From IMG/VR virus record IMGVR_UViG_3300031329_000004: a DNA stretch of 20,000 nt; one strand, written 5' to 3'. Within the stretch, counting starts at the first letter, position 1, and every line of letters begins with the position of its first letter. The DNA comes from an uncultured virus (IMG/VR IMGVR_UViG_3300031329_000004) (Duplodnaviria; Heunggongvirae; Uroviricota; Caudoviricetes). The position numbers and the translations under genes were made by a program. Below the pieces are notes generated by a model. It saw only the letters and a program-made list of their open reading frames with translations. It was not told the origin of the DNA and did no database searches. Of this stretch, positions 11,134 to 18,480 are shown piece after piece.

Positions 11134-11150
11134 TCCTGTATCTTTTTTTT
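11120..11150 (+). terminator. rho-independent terminator closing the + strand block
   Basis: GATACAGGA-AATAA-TCCTGTATC followed by T8. Confidence 0.85.
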
Positions 11151-11252
11151 CCTCTCTCATATCTCATACATATCTTCGTAGTACATTCTAATAATTACTA
11201 CTCAGATATATATTTCAATATGAGCTGCCAATGGCAGACCTAAAAAAATAAT

Positions 11253-11282
11253 CCACCACCTCCCCACCACCACCAAATAAAA
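11253..11282. repeat. 30-nt direct repeat copy 1 (CCACCACCTCCCCACCACCACCAAATAAAA)
   Basis: Identical to 12499-12528. Confidence 0.9.
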
Positions 11283-11499
11283 GTGAATTACATTCACATA
11301 TGCAAATCAAATAAATAAGATAACTCTTATCTTAAACACAACAAAGAATAAAAGATCTCTTACTAAGAAAGTAAGCGATATACTTAATAGCATCCAAGCA
11401 ATCTTGATAGAGACTAGATATACCCAAACAAAAAAACCAATGCAAAAAAGAAGATCACAATCACATGACGAAACTCAATGCATAATCTATTTATTAGAT

Positions 11500-11527
11500 T
11501 TGCATACCTACACTATATAGATATAAT
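11500..11527 (+). promoter_or_regulatory. sigma70-like promoter
   Basis: TTGCAT-16nt-TATAAT. Confidence 0.5.
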
Positions 11528-11570
11528 ATCTATATATGTAACACCTCCTCAAACAACAATAACAATCCAA

Positions 11571-11610
11571 TAAAAGAGATGACTTCTCCAATGAAGTTCA
11601 TCTCTTTTTA
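11571..11610. terminator. bidirectional terminator-like hairpin
   Basis: AAAAGAGATGACTTC-TCCAAT-GAAGTTCATCTCTTTTT (one bulge). Confidence 0.7.
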
Positions 11611-12105
11611 AATCACAATATTCTGGCCGTACTGATACTCGCTAGAATATATACTACTACCAATACTATATATAACACTAAGAACTATACACTACTACAC
11701 CATAGAATAATAAGAACCATCCATCTTATTATTAGACCATCCAATATAAATACTAATATAAATCTATTATGTATTTTTATCAATGGTCTATAAACCCAAT
11801 AACAATCCATAAAACTATACCCTATGTAAATAGGTATGTGAGATAGCTGTACTCCGAGATTACCATTAATCTCTCCCCATCCTTATTATATATAGATATA
11901 CTATACCACATACAATTACTAATACTATTATACTATAAAATATATTAGCTATATTGTAAACATCAAACATCCACCGGTCTACAGAAAATAAATTACTTTA
12001 CTGTAGCCATACTTGACATAACCTTATTATAACAACCTTTAATATCTATTAAATTACTATACATATGTCAATACCTATCATTATAATAACTCCTATTATA
12101 ATGAT

Positions 12106-12134
12106 CCTCCACCTCCCCTACCTCCACCAAATAA
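12106..12134. repeat. degenerate copy of the 30-nt repeat
   Basis: CCTCCACCTCCCCTACCTCCACCAAATAA: two A>T changes and one insertion relative to the exact copies. Confidence 0.75.
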
Positions 12135-12191
12135 TTAATCTTATTACATTATTCTCTTTATTATTAATATACATTAATAATAAAAAACCCA

Positions 12192-12220
12192 TTTATATAT
12201 ATATAACATATATATATAAA
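12192..12220. repeat. perfect AT inverted repeat
   Basis: TTTATATATATAT-AAC-ATATATATATAAA. Confidence 0.85.
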
Positions 12221-12254
12221 AACCCCCCAACAATATAATATCCCATATTATATT

Positions 12255-12560
12255 GACCCCACAACCAAAACAACAACAACAACAAACACCAAAAACACAC
12301 TGACCCCACACCCCTAAACAGACAACACCAAAACAACAAACAACAACAACAACAAGACACTAACCCACAAACAAACAAACAAACAAACAAACAACAACAA
12401 ACAAAACACAAACAACAAACAACAAACAACAACCTAGATATACGATATTAAGAAAACCCCAAACCCCCAATACCCCACACACAAACAAACAAAACAAACC
12501 ACCACCTCCCCACCACCACCAAATAAAAAAAAATAAAAACAAATAAAATATATAAAAAAC
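12255..12560. repeat. low-complexity (CAA)n/(CAAA)n tract, nearly G-free on +
   Basis: Visible imperfect tandem CAA/CAAA units. Confidence 0.9.
12499..12528. repeat. 30-nt direct repeat copy 2
   Basis: Identical to 11253-11282. Confidence 0.9.
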
Positions 12561-12741
12561 AAACAAATATAAAATAATAGATGACGAAGAAGTAGCAGCA
12601 GCAGCAGCAGGGGTAGTAGATGGACCAGAAGTAGTAGTAGTAAGATGTACTCCTCCCCCCAGTCAAACAGTAGGGGTACAATTACTATATATATAATTAT
12701 TATAAAATTTGTGACTTTTAAAATTTTTTGAAGTATATAAT

Positions 12742-12772
12742 AAAAAAGGCCTCCACCTTTTGTGGATAGCCT
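12742..12772 (-). terminator. rho-independent terminator closing the - strand block
   Basis: Minus strand AGGCTATCCAC-AAAAG-GTGGAGGCC-TTTTTT. Confidence 0.7.
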
Positions 12773-12813
12773 ATTATGATCAAATGTATTTGTATATAAT
12801 AATTCTTTGAATC

Positions 12814-13014
12814 TTATGGTCTATTCAATATCTTTCTGATCTCTGATACTGCATGCTCTCTCAGCTCTTGTATATCGCTGTCTATGTAACTTATATCTTT
12901 ATAAGTTCTAGAGCATCAATCTATGAGTATTGCATTGTCATGGCCCTGTCATAGAGTATTACCCATATGATATCAGTATCATGTATCTGCATCGTAGAAT
13001 ACTGTAAGTTCCAT
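12814..13014 (-). CDS. hypothetical protein (66 aa)
   Basis: MELTVFYDADTGYGYHMG...; TAATG overlap with the upstream gene. Confidence 0.7.
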
Positions 13015-13178
13015 TATTCTTTAATATGATTAATAAGTATATAGCATGCTCACATACATATAACAAAGCCAAGCCAGTCTCATATACCTAATCTGTATAT
13101 TCATAATCAGAATAGTATGAGCACTCATATGGTATGGAAGAAACTATAGAATTCTTCTCCTGTAGTTTTTTCTCTCAT
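13014..13178 (-). CDS. small membrane protein (54 aa, about 2 TM)
   Basis: FFHTIGVLILFGLGIYRLGIGDWLGFVICMGACYILI. Confidence 0.7.
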
Positions 13179-13182
13179 AATT

Positions 13183-13425
13183 TTATGTTAAAGGGTTATT
13201 TCTATCTATAAGACATCAGCATTCGCATTCAATTGTAGAGCCTTTGCTTTTATTCATTTCATTATTACATACAGGACATTTATATGTACTCACATAAAGA
13301 TCTGCATATTCCTCTAATGAGTAAAATATTCATGATTTAAGTTGTGAGATATCATAAGAATTAAAAACCTTATCTGGATTTTCACTTATAAATTCTTCAA
13401 CTATTTGAGATACTAATTCCTGCAT
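13183..13425 (-). CDS. Zn-ribbon protein (80 aa)
   Basis: CPVC...ECECG. Confidence 0.75.
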
Positions 13426-13427
13426 AA

Positions 13428-14006
13428 TTATTTTTTAAATATATATTTGATTCTCTGCCATAGGCTCATAGATTTGAATCTAGCATTCTCTTCTGCAATA
13501 GTTTTAATAGTATGACCAATATAAAATTCACAAGGATCTCCAGATATATTTTTACTTATTGGATCTAATAAATCTGCAAAAGATTTTTCTTTTTCTTTCA
13601 TTCTCTTTGAGAAATTTTTCTCACTTATATCAACTTCTAATAAAGAAGATTTCTCCTTAGCATCAATACGAGCCTTAGAACTTTTCTCAAGTTCCTTGAT
13701 TCGCTCTTTATCTTTGAGAGCATCTTTATAAAGTTTATCAGATTGTTTCTGAATGTCTTTCTCAATCTTAGTTGCTGTAACAGCAAACTCTTTTGAAAGT
13801 TTATCAAAGTATTGTGAAACTCATTCTACATTTTTTATGTAGACTGTATCAGATCTTTTCTGCATAGAACATAATCCACTATCTGCAAAATCAATTCACA
13901 TGATATATGCTGTAGTTCTATGGAATCAATCTTTTATTAGATCCTTTTGAAGACCTATAAGTCTATCGTAAGTCTCTCTCTCTAGTGTAACAATATTAGT
14001 GTCCAT
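13428..14006 (-). CDS. coiled-coil hypothetical protein (192 aa)
   Basis: Open in code 25; ends SMSLWQRIKYIFKK*. Confidence 0.8.
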
Positions 14007-14008
14007 AA

Positions 14009-14476
14009 TTATTTTTTTAAAATATAAGGTTTATCCCAGATCATCATTACTCTATATGATTTATGAAAATCTTTGAGTATCTTAGTTTCTTTATCTGTGA
14101 TAATGCTGCTGATAAAATTTTGTCTTTCTTGACTTGTAATATCTCATACAGCTCCAGAAAGAATAATACTTATTACAAATGCATGCTCTGCTTGAGACTT
14201 AACATCATAGATCATTTCTTTTGTGACTCTCCCAAAATCAATGTTCTTTACTCATATAGGAAAAGGCATAGTCTTTATAGCTCTATTCTTTTTCTTATTA
14301 AATACTGTACAGTCCACGACCAAAGGAATCTTTTGATGACTCGTATCAACTTCATCAATAACAGCATGAGCAATTTCATTCAAGTCTTCGTTATCAGATT
14401 TATTTATTAGATCTTTAACTCATGCCATCTTGCTTGCAATGCTATCTCAATATATAACAGGATCTTTAGTGCTCAT
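14009..14476 (-). CDS. hypothetical protein (155 aa)
   Basis: ATG14476-TAA14009 in code 25. Confidence 0.8.
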
Positions 14477-14496
14477 GATTATAAATATTTGTAATT

Positions 14497-14526
14497 AAAA
14501 ACCCCTAGCACAAAGTGTTAGAGGTT
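14497..14526 (-). terminator. rho-independent terminator
   Basis: Minus strand AACCTCTAACAC-TTT-GTGCTAGGGG-TTTTT. Confidence 0.6.
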
Positions 14527-14553
14527 GTGCTTGTAAGTAAAAGATGTAAGTTG

Positions 14554-14952
14554 TTATGCTTTCTTTTCAGATACTTCTTCTAGCTTGATATCCCAAGTAG
14601 ACTTGATGACACAAGATCTTTTAAGTTCTTGTTTGAAAAATTCAATAGTGAGCTCTGCTCATTTCTTTGTATCTTTCATATCTGGAACTGCCATATAACC
14701 TGCCTCAAGAAGCTTGTTATTAGCATATTGATAATCCATAGGAAAACTTTTTTCCTCTGTTACAACATCTCCATTCTCAATTTTAAGATTACCATCATCT
14801 CATTTCACAGCAACTTCTGCTGTATAAGATGCAGGAAGATTCAGAAATTCTGCAATCTTTTCAGTCATCCATTTAATTCCCTCATCTCCAAGAGCTGCCT
14901 CAAGAGATTCTACTTGTCTATTCATACCTTGGTAAAAATCCGAATTCATCAT
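14554..14952 (-). CDS. hypothetical acidic protein (132 aa)
   Basis: MMNSDFYQGMNRQVESLEAALG...STWDIKLEEVSEKKA*. Confidence 0.8.
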
Positions 14953-14977
14953 AATATTATATGATTATAAAAATAAA

Positions 14978-15256
14978 TTATTTAGAGTTTAACTCTTTCC
15001 TAAAGATCTGACTCGTTCTAATACGCAGCACCTTAAAAGGTTGTGTCTGCATTGGAGTCTTATTAATTGGGTGCAACAGATTCCTCGGTTGCTGCTCAAC
15101 TACTTCTAGTTTCATTAAAGATCTAAAATCAATAACTGTACCATCCATAAGTGTCTCTTTTATTGTTTCAACAAAAGTATCATAGATTACTGCAGCCTTA
15201 ACTTTAGAAATCTCTAATTTCCTAGCAAGTTTAGCTATCATCATTTTTCTATTCAT
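14978..15256 (-). CDS. HU/IHF-family DNA-binding protein (divergent)
   Basis: 92 aa; MNRKMMIAKLA...SK..A...YDTFVETIKETL..G..IDF...R...HP.....M.....K...RTSQIFRKELN matches the HU fold pattern. Confidence 0.8.
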   Translation of the reverse strand: MNRKMMIAKLARKLEISKVKAAVIYDTFVETIKETLMDGTVIDFRSLMKLEVVEQQPRNLLHPINKTPMQTQPFKVLRIRTSQIFRKELNSK

Positions 15257-15285
15257 TTTCTTTATTACTATATAAGAGTACAGTT

Positions 15286-15313
15286 ACTATATAGGTATTG
15301 AATAACAATGCAA
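15286..15313 (-). promoter_or_regulatory. sigma70-like promoter of the HU-like gene
   Basis: Minus strand TTGCAT-16nt-TATAGT directly after a terminator. Confidence 0.55.
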
Positions 15314-15315
15314 AT

Positions 15316-15347
15316 AAAAAAGACTAAGATATATTCTTAGTCTTTTT
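15316..15347 (-). terminator. bidirectional rho-independent terminator
   Basis: AAAAAAGACTAAGA-TATAT-TCTTAGTCTTTTT. Confidence 0.8.
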
Positions 15348-15356
15348 AGCATAATA

Positions 15357-15656
15357 TTATTTATGCATATCAAGAACTGCTCCCCAGTTAGAAGTAGCCA
15401 ACTCTTCATAGTTGTCTCTTCTCTTTTTGAACATAGCTCTTTCCTCATCAGTATCTTCAATATCATCTTTCAGAAATGCTATCATAGCATCTCGTCTAGC
15501 TCTAAACATATTTGCTTGAGCTTTAAATGTAAGAGAAACTCTTTCAGTAGATTCACTAGAGCTTTCAGCATCGCTATCATCTCTATTAAGATGTGCTGCT
15601 CTTTTTACTTCATCCTCTGTAAGAGGAACAATCATTTCTAAAACATCTGTTGGCAT
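15357..15656 (-). CDS. hypothetical acidic protein (99 aa)
   Basis: Track ORF 15357..15674; more likely start is ATG15656 in aattATG context. Confidence 0.75.
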   Translation of the reverse strand: MPTDVLEMIVPLTEDEVKRAAHLNRDDSDAESSSESTERVSLTFKAQANMFRARRDAMIAFLKDDIEDTDEERAMFKKRRDNYEELATSNWGAVLDMHK

Positions 15657-15702
15657 AATTGTATATTTATACAAATAAAATTAAGGTGTTAGCCTTGAAA
15701 CC

Positions 15703-15730
15703 ACTATAACTATAAGTGAAGTAAATACAA
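15703..15730 (-). promoter_or_regulatory. sigma70-like promoter
   Basis: Minus strand TTGTAT-16nt-TATAGT directly after a terminator. Confidence 0.55.
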
Positions 15731-15732
15731 AT

Positions 15733-15759
15733 AAAAAAAGAGAGAGCCGAAACTCTCTC
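15733..15759 (-). terminator. strong rho-independent terminator
   Basis: Minus strand GAGAGAGT-TTCG-GCTCTCTC-TTTTTTT. Confidence 0.9.
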
Positions 15760-15788
15760 AGTTAAAACAGGGATTATACCACTAGCTT

Positions 15789-15923
15789 CTACGAGCTAGG
15801 GAGATTAAGATCACCTCCTTTCTTGAATGGATATGGAGGGATATCAAGATCCATCTCCAGTTGGTCGCTCTCTTTGTATTTCTGACCTCTGCAGAAAACG
15901 AAACCGATAAACTTCTTAATCAT
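15789..15923 (-). CDS. 44-aa ORF with canonical SD and internal 16S-3'-end complement
   Basis: AGGAGGT 7 nt upstream of ATG; MIKKFIGFVFCRGQKYKESDQLEMDLDIPPYPFKKGGDLNLPSS*. Confidence 0.6.
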   Translation of the reverse strand: MIKKFIGFVFCRGQKYKESDQLEMDLDIPPYPFKKGGDLNLPSS

Positions 15924-15998
15924 TTTTATAACCTCCTAGTTGGCCTCCACTCACAGGTTATTCTGCTTACGGAGAAAAATACCAGAAATTAATCTGGG

Positions 15999-16616
15999 CT
16001 ATGTAACTCAATTAGGATTCAAAGCATCTGTAGCTTCTGATGATCTTCGTCTTAAGATTCAATTCTCTCTCTTATATTGTTTTACAAGTCATTCACTTTC
16101 TTTGAGTTTCTGATTTAGAATATCAGCATTCTCTCATATAAGTGAATCTTTCCAAGTTTCAAATGATCCATATCCAGATACTTTAAAAAAGTTATCTCCT
16201 ATATCCCATTTTCTTGTAGAGTAATCTCTATGACGAATTACATTTTCTTTTGGAATATTATATTTCTTCATAAGATGTATTACCCATTCTCTCGTAGAAT
16301 CACACGCAGCTCGTGTAAAATTCTTTCCATCAGAAACAACCTCAAGTCAAATTGAATGAGCATTGATATTATTCAAATATCATTTGATCATATCTCATAA
16401 TCCTGCATGCCAAAGAATATAATCCTCAGTTCCTATTCTTCCAGTCTCTCCATTAGGACCAATAACTCAATGACAAGATACCTGTTTAGGATGCTGAGAT
16501 AAATAAGAAAGCATTCATTTATAAGAACCTCATCCTGTATGATGCAGCATTATAAAAGTTTTTGAGTTTACTCATCTGGATTTCTTTGATGTTCAAACAT
16601 CATCTGTAAATTTCAT
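15999..16616 (-). CDS. N-acetylmuramoyl-L-alanine amidase (Amidase_2-type endolysin), 205 aa
   Basis: IMLHHTG, VSCH.VIG..G, LWHAG, NAHSIGLEV, NVIRHRDYSTRKWD. Confidence 0.9.
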
Positions 16617-16635
16617 ACTTTAAATTTAAAAAATA

Positions 16636-16875
16636 TTATCTCATTTCCTCCATATCAACTTGATCTGACATAACTATTTTCTTAGTTACAGAAACTTCTT
16701 CTGGATCAAGCCCAAGTCTCTTAGTAGCAAATGATGTAAAGATTGCAATGAATCATGCACCAAAACCAAATAATGCTAATCTATGTTCTTCTGGAGAAAA
16801 GAATGATCCTGCTATGAATCCTATTCATAAAACAAGTATAATTCATAGAAGTATGTAATAATCTAATTTATTCAT
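16636..16875 (-). CDS. putative holin (79 aa, 2 TM, charged C-terminal tail)
   Basis: YYILLGIILVLGIGFIAGSFF / LALFGFGAGFIAIFTSFA; directly upstream of the amidase. Confidence 0.6.
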
Positions 16876-16891
16876 AATGTATATTTAAAAA

Positions 16892-17284
16892 TTATAATTC
16901 AACTGCGTACACCTGTACCATTTCTCCATCTTTTTCTTCGTGCTCTACATCAGCACCTCAATGATCTTCGTCTTCTCAAGTAAGAACTTCTTGAGTACTT
17001 TTCATCTCTTTAAACCAATCAATGAAATCCATCATAGCAAATTCAAGCCTAAGATTCTTAGGATTAGAATATTCTGTTTTTCATTCATGAAGAACATCTC
17101 GTAAACATTTATGTACATCTTCTTGATTAGAATCATCTGTCATCAGATCAATTCTATGAAGAGTAAGAAGAACAAAATCTTTATGCTCTTTGAGATCTTG
17201 TTCCATATCTGGACCAATATCTGCCATTCACTCAATGAAAGATTCAACTTCATTAGTGAATTCTTTATCTGAAAAGAATACCAT
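16892..17284 (-). CDS. hypothetical acidic protein (130 aa)
   Basis: ATG17284-TAA16892 in code 25. Confidence 0.8.
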
Positions 17285-17361
17285 ATGTAAAAATTTATTT
17301 ATAAAAACTGCATAACTATATTACTTTTCAAAGGAATAATTGCAAATTTTGAATTTTAAAT

Positions 17362-17389
17362 TTGACGGATCTAAAATAATAAATATATT
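17362..17389 (+). promoter_or_regulatory. sigma70-like promoter of the tRNA cluster
   Basis: TTGACG-16nt-TATATT in the divergent intergenic region. Confidence 0.55.
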
Positions 17390-17447
17390 CAAATCAATAA
17401 ATAACTTGTGATAAGGACGCAGGTAGTTCGGAATCAAAAAGTTTTTC

Positions 17448-17476
17448 CCTCTCAGTCCTTATCTGAGAGGTTTTTT
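17448..17476 (+). terminator. terminator hairpin just upstream of tRNA-Pro
   Basis: CCTCTCAG-TCCTTAT-CTGAGAGG-TTTTTT. Confidence 0.7.
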
Positions 17477-17480
17477 ATTT

Positions 17481-17558
17481 CTAGGTATAGCTCAGTCTGG
17501 CCAGAGCACTCGGTTTGGAACTGAGGAGTCGGAGGTTCAAATCCTCCTACCTTGACCA
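17481..17558 (+). tRNA. tRNA-Pro(TGG)
   Basis: Cloverleaf: CTAGGTA/TACCTTG acceptor (one mismatch), D arm GCTC/GAGC, anticodon arm CTCGG-TTTGGAA-CTGAG, T arm GGAGG-TTCAAAT-CCTCC, encoded CCA. Confidence 0.95.
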
Positions 17559-17559
17559 T

Positions 17560-17634
17560 TACGGAATAGAGTATTGGTAACTCATCTGCTTCATACGCAG
17601 AAACATGTAGGTTCAAATCCTGCTTCCGTAACCA
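17560..17634 (+). tRNA. tRNA-Met(CAT) (elongator Met or Ile2)
   Basis: TACGGAA/TTCCGTA acceptor, anticodon arm TCTGC-TTCATAC-GCAGA, T arm GTAGG-TTCAAAT-CCTGC, encoded CCA. Confidence 0.9.
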
Positions 17635-17637
17635 TTT

Positions 17638-17719
17638 GAGCACTAGACCTTGTAGATGTAAGAATACAAGGGGGAAAAGAATCTTAGTAGATAGGTGCAA
17701 TCCCTATCGGGGCTCTCCA
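17638..17719 (+). ncRNA. non-canonical tRNA-like RNA
   Basis: GAGCACT/GGGGCTC acceptor-like stem + T + CCA; T-like arm GATAGG-TGCAATC-CCTATC; no standard D/anticodon geometry. Confidence 0.6.
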
Positions 17720-17786
17720 TATTTTTAAACAAACAACTTTATAAATGAAAAATATATCTGAAATAAATTTTGATTAGTAGCAATGA

Positions 17787-17816
17787 AGCATATCTATTTT
17801 ATAGGTATGCTTTTTC
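17787..17816 (+). terminator. rho-independent terminator after the tRNA cluster
   Basis: AAGCATATCTA-TTTTA-TAGGTATGCTT-TTT. Confidence 0.7.
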
Positions 17817-17829
17817 TTGTTAATCAAGA

Positions 17830-18112
17830 ACTGATACCAGAGTATAAACTGGGGTACACTACGAGGTTATAACTAGCTCGTAGATCAATATCTAAGTAAA
17901 TCAGTATAAATAATCTTAGGGGAGCTTGTTATTGCCGACACGATCAGCATACTGTCATAACAAGTCTAGCATGGAGAGGCTATAGGATAATGACCTAGAA
18001 ACTACCCTAGTACCTTACTCAATATGAGAGCTGCATAATGCAGCCTAGTAAGCGAAGTTAAACTACCTCAAATCTATGAGGGGGTAGGGGGAGCTTTGCA
18101 CTCTTCTCCTAA
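17830..18112. ncRNA. candidate structured non-coding element
   Basis: GC-enriched stretch with no convincing ORF found and many nested helices (see findings). Confidence 0.4.
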
Positions 18113-18216
18113 CACCTGTCATAACATTTCTTCCCTAGTTAGACTTAGTTAGATATATAATATAATATAAATAATAATATAGTCTACCTAATAAAACATC
18201 TATAACTATAATAGTT

Positions 18217-18244
18217 TTGACACTTTCTAATAAAATATTAGTAT
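18217..18244 (+). promoter_or_regulatory. sigma70-like promoter of the replication genes
   Basis: TTGACA-16nt-TAGTAT. Confidence 0.55.
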
Positions 18245-18273
18245 GAGTCTACTATTATTTTTTTATTAGATCT

Positions 18274-18480
18274 ATGAAACTATCTCAACTTGAATGATCC
18301 AATACTAAAGTTATTCCTAAATCTATTTGGAATACTTTGAGTAAAGAAAAACAAATGCATTTTAGATTATGCGAACTTAAGTGACTTCCTCTTACAACAA
18401 CCGAGAAAACTCTTAATATTATTTTACAACCAAGAAAAAATGAATCACTACAAGCTGCACACGAAGCAAAGAAATCTTAA
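18274..18480 (+). CDS. small basic hypothetical protein (68 aa)
   Basis: ATG18274-TAA18480 in code 25. Confidence 0.6.

Noticed and set aside
11281..11520. Stop-free + strand frame in the non-coding region
   Set aside because: No suitable start codon near its 5' end; it lies downstream of a strong terminator and shows no recognisable motifs.
11253..12528. CRISPR array from the 30-nt repeats
   Set aside because: Copies are about 390-850 nt apart, are non-palindromic and low complexity, and no cas genes are present.
12193..12681. Three Cys/Leu/Phe/Val-rich minus-strand ORFs
   Set aside because: Translation artifacts of the TTG/TTTG low-complexity repeats; all three frames are open and the composition is unlike the real genes.
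15809..15823. 16S rRNA gene remnant
   Set aside because: Only the 15-nt tail matches; the adjacent helix-45 sequence (GTAACC..GGAA.GTGCGGCTG) is absent.
17589..17597. TCA triplet in the second tRNA's anticodon loop as a UGA-decoding anticodon
   Set aside because: The TCTGC/GCAGA stem fixes the loop as TT-CAT-AC, so the anticodon is CAT.
17873..17884. 12-nt match CTAGCTCGTAGA with the minus strand near 15788-15799
   Set aside because: A 12-mer match is expected by chance in a 20-kb window.
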